A DNA stretch of 64,000 nt, taken from Eledone cirrhosa. Its lineage: Eukaryota. Below, piece after piece: positions 26,421-39,236 of this stretch; within the stretch, counting starts at the first letter, position 1, and every line of letters begins with the position of its first letter. Both the position numbers and the translations under genes were made by a program. Location: positions 58,838,001-58,902,000 of the forward strand of contig OZ024741.1 in NCBI GenBank assembly GCA_964016885.1, written 5' to 3'. Below the pieces are notes generated by a model, which saw only the letters and a program-made list of their open reading frames with translations, searched no databases and was not told where the DNA came from.

Positions 26421-27426
26421 AACTAACAAAGGACCAGTCAGTTAAAATGTGAGGTATTCAAACAATTAACAAAAAGTGAAAACAGATGATATGTGGTTGA
26501 CAAAAATATGATTATTGAGTGTTCAGTAGAAATATTTATGCCAAAAAGAAAAAGAAGAAAGGATCTTATCTAAATTAATCAGTAAAGAAAAGAATAAGAT
26601 TCTGAGTTGGAGAGAATATGTGGTTTAAATGGCTGCATCTTGTTGAATATAAGAAGTTTGATGATTAGAAGAGGAAGAGAACAAACAAGCAAGGTGGCAG
26701 TAAAAGAAGATAGGAGGGTGTGTGAGTGACAAACAGGATGGGCATGTGAACTCATAGAGAGAAGGAGGGAATGGGAAAGAGAGATGAGAATGTGGAAGAA
26801 AGAACAAGGAGGAGAGGTAGGAAGAACAAGAGGTTACTTAGTTGGAAAGAAGGGGTAGGAGTAGTGAAATAGATAACAGTATAAATTGGCAGAGAGGGAA
26901 GAAAGAGTAAGAAGGAAGTAGTCTGTTTGTATAGAAATGTGCAAGATCTATACAATTGACAGTATATTGTGTGTATTTAGAGGCTATGGTAAATGGTGCT
27001 TTCTCAAGATGTCACACAGTGCAATCAAATCCAAGACCTTATGATTGCTAAGCAAACATATTAACCACAAAGCCAGGCACCTTCAAAATGTAATATATAA
27101 CTAGCCATTGAAAGACATTTCTACTAAATTCTCTATGTAGACACAGAAGAAAGTACTTAGAGATAATATCAATCATAAGATCTGTTTAAGTTACATATTT
27201 TTTCTTTTCTGAGAAAAAATCCTGTAGAAATAGCAATTTCAATAATTGGCTTTACTTCTCACACACACCAAGATAAATATTTCTTTACCTACTTCTTTGT
27301 AATTTAAAAAATATATATATTTAAGATTTAATTCATTTTTCTAAGAAATTTTAGTAAGAACAATGAAATTAATATTTTTTCTTTTCTTTTTGAATGTGTT
27401 TCACAAATACATTTACGCTCAAATAA

Positions 27427-27474
<48 letters not shown>

Positions 27475-27552
27475 GGGTGGGTGCCGGTGTGTGTATATAT
27501 ATGTATGTGTGTGTGTGTGTGTGTGTATGCATATATGTGTTTATATATATAT

Positions 27553-30273
27553 ATCATCATCATCGTTTAACGTCCATCTTCCATGCTTGCATGGGTTTGG
27601 ACGGGAGGTTTCCCACTTGAGGCAAGGTTTGTTGTCCTGCTCGTATAGGACTGTCTGGCGGGTTTTCTACGGCTGGATGCCCTTCCTAACACCAACCACG
27701 TTTACAGTGTGGACTGGGAGGTTTTTACTGTGTTACCTACACGGCCACATTACAGCGTGGACTGTGTGTTTTTTTTTGTCATGACACCTACACGAACTCA
27801 TTTGTTTCGGACTGGATGTTGTGGTACCAATATAACTTCACATTTAAGGGGGTGGTGTGGATGTGGTGGTGGTGGTGGTGGTGGGGGGGGGGGGGGGTTA
27901 TTTTGTTAGAGGTGCCTACTGACTGTAGGTTTCGCTTTGTACTTAGGCAGGGCGGGTCTTCTGTATGACTGTGTAGCGCCAAAGATCTCGGTCCAGTGAC
28001 ATTGTCTTGGAGAGGTGTAAGTGTGTGAGGTCGGAATTTATCAAGTCGTCCAAGTTTTTTCTGGGTCTGCCTACTCCGTGGCTACCATCTATTTTTATCG
28101 CCCTGCACTTTTTTATACAGCTGTCATCTTTCATGCGCATCACGTGACCGTACCAACGTAGTCTTCTCTCGAGTAAACAACATCTGATCCCTCTTATTTC
28201 TAATTTCTCACTTAGTTTGTTTATGCTTTGCCGTTCACGTATATTACTATTACACATCCAGCGGAGCATGCAAGCTTCGTTTCTCTCCAGTCTGCATATA
28301 TCCTCTGCACACAGTGCCCAGGTCTCACTGCCATGTAACATTGCTGTTCGTATGCAGGCATCATACAGCCTGCCTTTCATTTTTAGAGAGAACCCTTTAG
28401 CGGCCAATAGTGGTATAAGCTCTCTGAACTTTTTCCATCCCGTTCTGACTCTAGCTACTGTACTTTCAGAGCACCCTCCCACACTGCTGATTTTGTCACC
28501 CAGGTAATGGAAGGTGTCCACTATTTCTATAGTACCATCTGTGCAATGGAATGAGCTAGTATTCTGTGGGCACTTGCTGCTACTTATTGCACCAGAGCAC
28601 CGGACACATATAAAATCTATATTCTTAGTTAGCTTACCTGTGATCCCACTACATCTTTTATGCACCCATACTTTGCATTTGGGACATAAAATGGAGTTTC
28701 TGCCTACTCCTTCCTACACACTGAGCATGGCCATTTCCCAGATGGGACTGGTGCCCTATTTTCCTTCCTACAAACTAGAACTTTAGTCTTAGACAAGTTA
28801 ACTTTAAGGCCTTTTGATTCTAGGCCATGCTTCCATGTTTGGAATTTCTTCTCTAGTTCAGCCATTGATTCAGCTATGAGCGTTAGATCATCTGCATATA
28901 GGAGTTCCCATGGGCAGCCGGTCTTGAACTCCTCTGTTATAGCCTGAAGGGCAATAATAAATAGGAGGGGGCTAAGAACGGAACCCTGATGAACACCCAC
29001 TTTTATGCTAAACTCTTCACTATATTCATTGTTAATTCTAACCTTGCTGACTGTTTCTTTATACATGGCTTGTATAGCTCTCACAAGCCATTCATCAACA
29101 CCTAGTTTTCTAAACGCCCACCAGATAATGGAGCGGGGGACTCTGTCAAAGGCTTTCTCCAAGTCAACAAAAGCTAAGTATAAGGGTTTACTTTTAGCTA
29201 GGTACTTCTCTTGTAGTTGTCGTACAATGAAAAGAGCGTCTGTGGTACTTTTACCTGACACAAACCCGAACTGCATTTCATCAGGATAAATTCGTTCTCT
29301 GATTAGTTGTGCTATTACTTTTTCTGTGACCTTCATGACCTTGTCAATTAATTTAATGCCTCTATAGTTACCCCTACCAAGAGCATCTCCTTTACCCTTG
29401 TAGCAGTTAATGATGATGCTGCTACGCCAGTCCATCGGAACGGCCCCATTCTGTATGACTTGGTTTACTATCCGGTCCCACCGTTCCAGATACTTTCAAC
29501 ATTTCAGCAACTATTTCCGAAGGCCCGGCTGCCTTACCCGTCTTCATATCTTTGATTGCCTTACTTATTATACTACCTTCAACTCGCACTGCTGGTCCCT
29601 CTATTGGATCGATGTAGGGGAGACTGTCTTTCTCCCATTTATTCTCCTCATTTAGTAGCCTTTCGTAGTGACACTTCCAAACTACCTTCTTATCAGCGTC
29701 AGTGATGGCAAGTACACCATATCATTAAGGACACACTTCTCCCTGACAATATCACGGTTTTCCTTGACACATTGCCTAGCAATCCTGAACACCTCACGTT
29801 TTTGGTCCTCGCGTTGTAGAACATGCTTGAACTTTCTTTCCTCTACTTCTCTTCTTGCGAAGTACACTTATCTCCTAGCTTCCCTCCTGGCCACTTGATA
29901 GTCTTCTCTACTTCCCTCATCCCACCATACTTTCCAAGCCTGCTTTTTGGCCGTAATTGACTCCTCCACCTTACTATTCCACCACCACGTTACTCTCCTC
30001 CTGCCTATAGGCCTGCTCCAGCCACAAACTTCATCTGCCGCCTTCAGCAGGTTAGCTTTCAGGAATTCCCACTGTTCCTCTATATTGTACGACTCTAATT
30101 GCTCTTCCTTACTGTCGAAAGGATCAAGTAATATGCTTTTAAATTTATTACTGGCTGTGGGGTCCTTTAGCTTCCATATTTTTCTCCTGAGGATAGTCCT
30201 CCTCTGTTGTCGAGTACGTCTTGTCCTGACTATGAGGTCGCTGACTATGAATCTATGTTGGGAGGTGCATTCT
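27553..30273 (-). mobile_element. 5'-truncated RTE-clade LINE with (GAT)n tail
   Basis: RT ORF pieces, 3' UTR, gttaaacgatgatgat tail; truncated at the end of the APE domain (QHRFIVSD). Confidence 0.92.
27943..30270 (-). pseudogene. RTE ORF2 (RT + PHD finger + C-terminal domain), frameshifted
   Basis: KGKGD..NYRGIKL, QFGF, FVDLEKAFDRV, GVHQGSVLSPLLF, LLYADDL, FHYLG, RLRWYGHVMRM, GRPRK. Confidence 0.92.
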
Positions 30274-30312
<39 letters not shown>

Positions 30313-30367
30313 ACATATATGAATGCACACACATATGCATATATACATATACACACATATATATTAT

Positions 30368-30465
30368 AAAGAGTTGGGGCACCGAGATGGCTGAGCTCTT
30401 GCCATTTCAACAGCTAATTCTAGACAATCTGGAAATAGCTGATGAAACTGGGGTCCTGACTCTTT
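30368..30465. repeat. Imperfect palindromic element related to 31088-31205
   Basis: aaagagt...tttcaacagctaattctaga-caa-tctggaaatagctgatgaaa...actcttt; the downstream ccctagtattgaatactctggtg also matches ~31231. Confidence 0.55.
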
Positions 30466-30547
30466 ATAATATAACCATGCCCCTAGTATTGAATACTCTG
30501 GTGAGTAATGGTCTAACCAGTTTCAAACAGGATCCATCTTGATGTGT

Positions 30548-30858
30548 ATCATCATCATCATCATCATCATCATCATTTTATGTCCGCTTTTCCCTGCTTG
30601 CAAGGGTGGGACGGGAACTGATTCTGGCTTGATTTCTACAGCTGGATGCCCTTCCTAACACCAACCTCATTTACAGTGAGTGCTGGGTGCTTTTTTCCGT
30701 GGCGCCTACAGTGGAATGATAGGGACCTAAGTCCCTATCATCTCATCTCTACAGCTGAGTAAAATGGAGCAATGTGAAATAAAGTGTCTTGCTCAAGGAA
30801 ACAACACATCACCCGGTCTGAGAATTAAACTCACAACCTTTCGATTGCAAGGCCAATG
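30548..30858 (-). mobile_element. SINE family C (tRNA head + RTE-type tail), head truncated
   Basis: Homologous to 38812-39158 and 47182-47530; (CAT)n tail. Confidence 0.85.
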
Positions 30859-30953
30859 TATATATATATATCAATATATATATATATATATATACATAAT
30901 TTTTTTAATTTTTTTTAAAAATCAATTTCAATCTAATTTTAAAACTTATATAT

Positions 30954-30987
<34 letters not shown>

Positions 30988-31038
30988 AAGTTTTGAAATT
31001 AATTTCAAATTGATTTAAAAAAAAAAAGAAAAAAAAAT

Positions 31039-31087
<49 letters not shown>

Positions 31088-31090
<3 letters not shown>

Positions 31091-31205
31091 AAAAAGTTTA
31101 ACCCCAACAGCAGAGCGCGAGCTGTTTCGACGGCTATTTCTGGACTAGTCCAGAAATAGCCGTCGAAACGGCCTGAGGTCTGCCGTCGGGGTTAAACTTT
31201 TTCCT
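31088..31205. repeat. Palindromic MITE-like element in TA microsatellite
   Basis: aggaaaaagtttaacccc...gtttcgacggctatttctggac|tagtccagaaatagccgtcgaaac...ggggttaaactttttcct. Confidence 0.8.
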
Positions 31206-31533
31206 ATATATATATATATATATATATATACCCTAAGTATTGAGTACTCTGGTGCGTTATGGTCCATCTAGTTCCTTACCACACCTCCTTCGTTATATAT
31301 ATATATATATTTTTTTTTTACATCTGCTTTTCCCTGCTTGCAAGGGTGGGACGGGAACTGATTCTGGCTTGATTTCTACAGCTGAGTAATATATATATTA
31401 CACCAACCTCATTTACAATGAGTGCTGAGTGCTTTTTTTGCCGTGGCACCTCCACGACCACTTTGCAGTGGAATGATATGGACCCCTGTCCCTATCATCT
31501 CATTTCTACAGCTGAGTAATATATATATATCTA

Positions 31534-31569
<36 letters not shown>

Positions 31570-31575
<6 letters not shown>

Positions 31576-31897
31576 ATTAATACATGGAAACTATCTTTAT
31601 AAAACCATATTTATTTTATTATATATATTTCAAGGGTACCAACATTTTGGTACGCTCTCATCAGATAAAATACAAAAATTGTTTTATAAATATTGACATA
31701 TCCCAAAACAAGACCTTATCATTTTAATGAACTTAAAACGATAAGTTCCTGTCTTTTTAAAATAAATATAGTTTTATAAAGATAGTTTCCATGTATTAAT
31801 ATCATTGATATTATACCCCAGAAGAAACTTTAGAGTGCTTCGAATCTGTTATAAATAAATTTGTTGAATAACCAACAAATTAAATATCTCTTTGCTT
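31570..31897. mobile_element. PLE pLTR fragment with inverted arm
   Basis: 31571-31618 inverted at ~31758-31805; homologous to 36083-36505. Confidence 0.75.
31612..31672 (-). ncRNA. Minimal type I hammerhead
   Basis: tattttat CTGATGA gagcgtaccaa-aatg-ttggtaccctt GAA atatatat a ataaaata. Confidence 0.82.
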
Positions 31898-32212
31898 ATA
31901 TATATATATATATATATATATTGGGTGGCAAGTTAACAGTCATTAAAACGTTGAATAAAATGCTTTGTGTCTCTCTGAGTTCAAATCCCATCGAGGTCAA
32001 CTTTGTCTTTCATCCTTTACATCTCTTTCTCACTCTCTCTTCCTCTCTGGAAGAAATTTGTTGTGTTCAGACCTGGAGAGTGATGGGATCTGCCTGGTTT
32101 GAAATGCCCCCAAAATGCCATATACCACTATGGTGCCCCTATTACTCTATTGAGTCATGGGACCATACCCTCTATATATACACACACACTATATATATAT
32201 ATTTTTTTCTTT

Positions 32213-32534
32213 TCATTTTACGTCCGCTTTTTCCCTGCTTGCATGGGTGGGACGGGAACTGATTCTGGCTTGATTTCTACAGCTGGATGCTCTTCCTAAC
32301 ACCAACCTCATTTAAAGTGAGTGCCTGGTGCTTTTTTGCCGTGGCACCTCCACGACCACTTTGCAGTGGAATGATATGGACCCCAGTCCTATCATCTCAT
32401 TTCTACAGCTGAGTAAACTGGAGCAATGTGAAATAAAGTGTCTTGCTCAAGGAAACAACACATCACCCGGTCTGAGAATTGAACTCAACCTTTTGATTGC
32501 AAGACCAATGCTCTAACCACTAAGCCATGTGCCT
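32213..32534 (-). mobile_element. SINE family C copy
   Basis: Full-length homologue of 47182-47505. Confidence 0.85.
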
Positions 32535-32981
<447 letters not shown>

Positions 32982-32994
32982 AAATATAATCATT

Positions 32995-34305
32995 CCACAC
33001 TTGTACGGGTCGAGCGGGCCCTTTTCAGCACAGCCTCTCTCCACATGTTCCTTCATCATCTGCTCTATGAGTTTCAGAAATTTGAGATCAGCTCTCACCA
33101 CATTTGCCCATGTCATCCTTGGTTTACCTCTACTGCAGCTACCTACTAATGTGATTTGCTGGCACTTCTTCATCCAGCAATCATCATCCATGCGCATCAC
33201 AATTCCACACAACGCATCTTCTCTCTTACATACCACTTCAGATTTCTCTTTATCCCAGTTTCTCCCTCAGATCATCCAAGCTCTGCCTTTCTCTCACATT
33301 TACATTTCACATCCAATGAAGCATGATAGCTTCATTTCTCTCTAGTTTACACATGTCCGCTGCAGTTACTACTCATGTTTCAATACTATGCAACATTGCG
33401 CTTTACACACAGGCATCATACAGCCATACTTTTGTATGCAGGGAGAAACCATTTGTTGCAAACAGTGGGAGTAGTTCTCTAAACTTCTTCCATTCTATCC
33501 TTATTTTAGCTATTTTGCACTCAGTCCTCTCGTCCTTACATTGTGTACATTGTGTAGATTTTATGCCTACTCTTTTTCTACATATTGAACAGGGCCACTT
33601 TCTTGAAGGAATCTGAGTCATATCTAACACTTTAATTTTGACTAAGTCTACTCTCACCCTTTTGATTCCAAATTCTGTTTCCATGGAGCTTATTTTGTAG
33701 TTCTTTTATGGATTCAGCTATTAAAGACCACATTATTTACATAGAGAAGTTCCCATGGACAGCCAGTAGGCTGGAGAACTATGATGAACAGCTGTGGGCT
33801 AGGAACTGAACCATGAATTCCTCACTAAACTCACTTTCTACTCTCACTTCACTGACAGCTCCTCTGTACATGACTTGCACTCCTCTCCTAAGCCATTCTT
33901 CTCCACCTAATTTCCTAAGAACCACCAAATAACAGAACGAGGTACTCTGTCATAGGCCTTTTCTGGATCAACAGAAGCTAGATATAGTGGTTTATTCTTG
34001 ACTGTAGTACTGTCTCACTAAGAAGAGGGCATCTGTAATACATTTCCCAGGCATAAAACCAAACTGGATCTCGTCTAATTTGACTCTTTCCCTAATTAGC
34101 TGTGCTAGACCTCTGTCACTTTCATAACTTGGTCCATCAGTTTTATTCCTCTATAGTTGTTCCTTTCTAAAGCATCCCCTTTACCATTGTAGCAATTTAT
34201 GATTGTACTGCTGCACTAGTCATTGGATATGACACCATCCTGTATTATCTGATTGATTATGCTGGTTACTAGTTTGGCTTCTACTTCTCCCAATGCCTTT
34301 AGCAT
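32995..34305 (-). pseudogene. Degraded RTE LINE ORF2 fragment
   Basis: KWPCSICRK, WKKFRELLPL, LYDACV, MRMDDDCWMKKC, RGKPRMTW; paralogous to 27943-29500. Confidence 0.85.
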
Positions 34306-35029
34306 ATATGTGTGTATATATCTATTTGTCGTCATCATCATCACCATCATCGTTTAATGATTATTTTCCATGTTTGCATAGGTTAGACAGGTTGTCATTT
34401 TATGAGACAAGTTAGGTCCAGTGACCATATCTTGCTCTTATGGAACTCTTTCTATGGCTGGATGCCCTTCTTAATGCCAACCATATTGCAGCATGGGCTG
34501 GGTTCTTTTTATCATGATAGCAAAACAACCATCTGACAAATTGAACTGGTTGATTTTTGATTGTGGTACCAGCACAACCACTTTACTGGGAGAACTGGGG
34601 AACATTTGAAAGTGGTAGTGTTTTTTTTCAACACTGGAAATAGTGAATGGATCTTATGGTATGTAATCTAAGCTATTGTTGTATCATTTTTGAAGTGGGT
34701 TGATGTGCTGTTCTATATATATGTGTGTGTCTATATTTGCCAAAAATGTGTTGTGGATTTGGCTGTTGGAAACCCCATGATGGTCTATATTAATATTAGT
34801 CACATGATGGTCTATATATTGTTTAAGAGAAATATTATTACCATAGCTTTCCTAGACAGTTTGCAGTAAACTCCCAAATTTAACATTTTTTTTTAGATAA
34901 ATCAACATGTATATTTGATTTAATAAAGTATATTTCGTTTTATAAAAATCAAAGATGATCAAATATGGCACCCATCCTACAATATATCAAAAACATATAA
35001 ATCATAGAAACCATTGAGAAACCACTGTG

Positions 35030-35270
35030 AAGGCATTTAGCGTAGTGGTTAGAGTGTTTAGCTAATGATTGAAATGCTATTAGTTCAATTCCCAGTTGCC
35101 CATTGTGTTCTTCAGCAAGAAACTTTATTTCACATTGTCTCAGTTGACTCAGCTGGCAAAAATGTGGTGTACCTGTGATTCAAAGGGTTAGCTCCTGACA
35201 ACTACATTAAAAGTAGGCTATTCTATTGATCAAACAACTAGAACACTCATAGGTCTGAACCACCAGTTGC
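35030..35270 (+). mobile_element. SINE family B copy (start of the duplicated block)
   Basis: tagcgtagtggttagagtg...agttcaattccc head. Confidence 0.7.
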
Positions 35271-35669
35271 CAAATCACATATGTATATGTGTATGAGTAT
35301 ATATATATATATATATATAGTTGTTTGATCAATAGAATAGTCTACTTGTGGAATAAATATGCAAATTGTTGAGCATTCAACAGACACATGTGTATATATA
35401 TATGTGTGTGAATGTATATATATATATGTGTGTGAATGTATATATATATATATGGGTGTATGTAGCTCTGTGCATACATTCATACATATGTCTAATCCCT
35501 GCTATCAGTGAAACTGTATGTTAAATGATGACAACAGATATTTTATTTAGTAAATTTAGTGTGTAATTAATTCCTTACTGTGGCCGACCTAAAAAAATAT
35601 ATGTATACACCCTTCATATGTGTTGAGTACTCTTTCTTCTTGTGGCAACTCTAATATACATCATCATCA

Positions 35670-35699
<30 letters not shown>

Positions 35700-35700
<1 letters not shown>

Positions 35701-35853
35701 CACTGTAAACGTGGTTGGTGTTAGGAAGGGCATCCAGCCGTAGAAAACCTGCCAGACAGTCCCATACAAGTGAGACAACCAATCTTGCCTCAAGTGGGAT
35801 AATTCCCGTCTAAACCCATGCTAGCGTGGAAGATAGAAGTTAAATGATGATGA
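35700..35853 (+). mobile_element. RTE 3'-UTR fragment
   Basis: Matches 42052-42200 and 49088-49235; gttaaatgatgatgat tail. Confidence 0.8.
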
Positions 35854-36041
35854 TACATACATACATACAAATCATACAAATTTAAGGTATCATAACATAT
35901 CAATTTTACTCTTTTACTCTTTTACCTGTTTCAGCCATCCGGCTGAGGCCATGCTGGGCCATGTATGATATTTGTGCTTTTCAATGGAAAAGCTCAATGG
36001 ACATTTGTCCAGAGCATCAATAATTCAAATTTATATATATA

Positions 36042-36082
<41 letters not shown>

Positions 36083-36083
<1 letters not shown>

Positions 36084-36496
36084 GAGGTTATATTTAATTT
36101 GTTGGGATTCAACAAGCTTAAACATTTTTTATAACTGATATAAAGCACTCAACAGTTTAGTGGAGTAAATATACAATATATTAACAAATGGAAACTATAT
36201 TTATAAAACCATATTTATTTTATTATACATATTTCAAGGGCCACCAAGGCAAATTATGGTGTGCTTTCATCAGATAAAATACAATACAGATTAGTTTTAT
36301 AAATAAATATTGACTATCCAGGAAGCTCCAACCGTTAAGATTGTCTTTTTTCAGGGTATGTCAATATTTATTTATAAAACTAATCTGTATTGTATTTTAT
36401 CTAATGAAAGCGCACCATAATTTGCCTTGGTGGCCCTTGAAATATGTATAATAAAATAAATATGGTTTTATAAATATAGTTTCCATTTGTTAATAT

Positions 36497-36505
<9 letters not shown>
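36083..36505. mobile_element. PLE pLTR foldback (arms 36169-36314 / 36360-36505)
   Basis: ~146-bp inverted arms, 45-bp spacer, hammerhead motif in each arm. Confidence 0.85.
36216..36281 (-). ncRNA. Minimal type I hammerhead
   Basis: tattttat CTGATGA aagcacacca..tggtggccctt GAA atatgtat a ataaaata; the plus-strand mirror 36393-36458 has CTAATGA (G5A, presumably inactive). Confidence 0.78.
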
Positions 36506-36559
<54 letters not shown>

Positions 36560-36560
36560 T

Positions 36561-36602
<42 letters not shown>

Positions 36603-36724
36603 TATGAGAGAGAGAGAGAACCATATTTCTTATGACAACACACAGCATTTTGTATACATACAAAGCCCATATATCTAGGAATACGTACTTCAGAGGGAAA
36701 AGTTCTTAGTTCTCATAAGATATA

Positions 36725-36803
<79 letters not shown>

Positions 36804-37128
36804 CCCTCTCTAAATAAATAAATAAATAAAGTGTCTGGTGCGGGATACAGTTAGATGAGATTGTGGCTTTGCTTTATTAACAAATCAGAAGAGCAGATCG
36901 AGCAGGAGTCAGGTCTATAGCTTTAATATAGATCCTGAGCCACCCATCTGTGAAACAGTTGTAACTATGAACCTTAATGTGAAACCTCGCTTTGTTTTCA
37001 ATATATATATATAAGATGGCCAACTGAATATGCACGTATGATTTTTTTCTCCCAAATTTTTTCTCATTTTCCCCGTTCCTTCCTCTCATCACTCTTTACA
37101 TTGTATTTATCTTCTATTTCTAACTCTA

Positions 37129-37164
37129 TCTTCTGATGAAGGAGTAGTGTCTGAAACATTAAGA
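37129..37164 (+). ncRNA. Degenerate minimal hammerhead (PLE-type)
   Basis: tctt CTGATGA aggagtagtgtct GAA acat t aaga; stem III probably ACGT decayed to ACAT. Confidence 0.45.
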
Positions 37165-37277
37165 CTCTCTTCCTGCTATTTCAAGCATTAAACTAATATA
37201 TTTCTTCCATGTACTGTGTCGTTTATTTTGTTAGTTTTGTTATTATTTTTACATACATATATATAAATTAACAGTAG

Positions 37278-37762
37278 CATGGTTCATAATAGGGGTGTAT
37301 ATAAAAGCATATATGATATGTTTACATATAATAAACATACAAGAGTATCACTATGTAGGTTTTAAGTAGTCAGTGAGAATGCCAGACAGATGTTTCTGAG
37401 TTTTTATATGTCATTGGTGACATTTACTCACTTGGTACTGAGACAAGAATAAGCTGAAGCTTATATGAATTTTTGCCTATGAAACATCGGTTGGATATGG
37501 TCATTTGAGTATAACTTGAACCTGACAGGCTAAGATTAATAAGTAGTAACACTAACATCATATGGTTCATAATAGGGTGCATATGAAAGCAAACAATATG
37601 TTTGTGTATAGTAAACGTACAAGAGTCCCTCTATGAATGTTTTAAGCTGTGATCATGAGACAGCTCTCTCAGAAACTGGTGAAAATGTCAGACAGCTGTT
37701 TCTGGATTTTTCCCTGCTGCCATTGATGACATTTACTGACTTGGTACTGAGACAAGAATAAG
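37278..37762 (+). repeat. Old tandem duplication, period ~285-310 bp
   Basis: atggttcataataggg...tacaagagt...tgacatttact..cttggtactgagacaagaataag occurs twice. Confidence 0.75.
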
Positions 37763-38419
37763 TTTATAAGGTTTTTTGTGTATTTGACATTGGCTGGTAT
37801 GTGTGTGTGCACACATTCACAAAACACAAACACATACATAAACACATCCATCTTTAGAAATTATGAATCCGTTTAAGCTATGGTGTGCAAACGCTTTTGT
37901 TCAAGGTTTTGTTCAAAATTAACAATAGCATGCAAGTCAATAAATTCGGAAATTGCTTGGATGAAAAGGAACAATAATAATAATGATAATGACTGTGATA
38001 CTACTACTACTACTATTACTACTACTAATAATAATAATAATAAAGTTAACACTATTGAAATTCTGTACAATTTTCAGTATAAAGAATAATAAACATTCTT
38101 AAAGACTCACAATTTATCACTTTTGTTTTCTATCCAATCACCACATCTTAATTATTTTAATTCTTTTAATTTCATTATTTATGAAACTGAACACTTGTAG
38201 TGTAATTAAGAAATAATTATCAACGAAATGAGCCACACTTTATTGAGATATTAATTAAAATGCAGGTGTTAAATATGATATTCTATTGTATCAAGTTCAG
38301 ATAAATGAATGTGGATTGACAAAGAAATAGGAACCCTTGAACTGCAGCCCATATGTCTTTAATTTAATGAGAAGATGAGGATGTCTGTTTTTGTTTTTTT
38401 TCAAATTGGAAGTCAGATA

Positions 38420-39236
38420 TTAACTCTGTTATCACCATATTTCTATTGAAAGACACTGCCTATAATTTCCAAATAATTAAACAAATAATCAAGTATTTGG
38501 AGGGCTTTAATATTGTAACTAACTATTCTTTTCATTATTAAGCTGGTGTTTAGAATACAGCTTCACAAAGGTTCTTGCATTAAATTATGATGAAAGGTTT
38601 TTAGATAAATATAAATACTTTAACCCTTTAGAATTTAAACCGGCCATATCCAACTGGAATTATCTCACCTATTTCTGTTTAAACTGGCAGTAACTGGCTG
38701 CTCATACTGACGTTGTTATTCTTCACAAAATTTCATAGATTCGATATTATCTGAGATAATTATGTGAGATAAAGCCTTTACCGTGAAAATATAATAGTAA
38801 ATATAAAGTAATCATCATCATCATCATCATCATCATTTTACGTCCGCTTTTCCCTGCTTGCAAGGGTGGGACGGGAACTGATTCTGGCTTGATTTCTACA
38901 GCTGGATGCCCTTCCTAACACCAACCTCATTTACAGTGAGTGCTGGGTGCTTTTTTGTCGTGATGCTTCCACGACCACTTTGCAGTGGAATGATAGGGAC
39001 CCCAGTCCCTATCATCTCATTTCTACAGCTGAGTAAACTGGAGCAATGTGAAATAAAGTGTCTTGCTCAAGCAAACAACACATCACCCGGTCTGAGAATT
39101 GAACTCACAACCTTTCGATTGCAAGGCCAATGCTCTAACCACTAAGCCATGTGCCTCCATAATATAAATGCTAAAGGGTTACAACAAACAAGTCTGTATC
39201 ATAAAATGTGGGGCAGTTGGATATCAAAAGGGTTCA
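38420..39236. mobile_element. TTAA MITE family 1 containing MITE family 2 (38620-39182), which contains a SINE
   Basis: Homology to the uninterrupted copies at 49731-49988 and 1816-2042. Confidence 0.7.
38812..39158 (-). mobile_element. SINE family C full-length copy
   Basis: Head ggaggcacatggcttagtggttagagcattggccttgcaatc...gagttcaattctc; tail matches the RTE 3' end + (GAT)n. Confidence 0.88.

Noticed and set aside
30437-30530. Hammerhead starting at CTGATGA (30439)
   Set aside because: No GAAA after the possible stem (reads tcaaac); the motif is part of a palindrome arm
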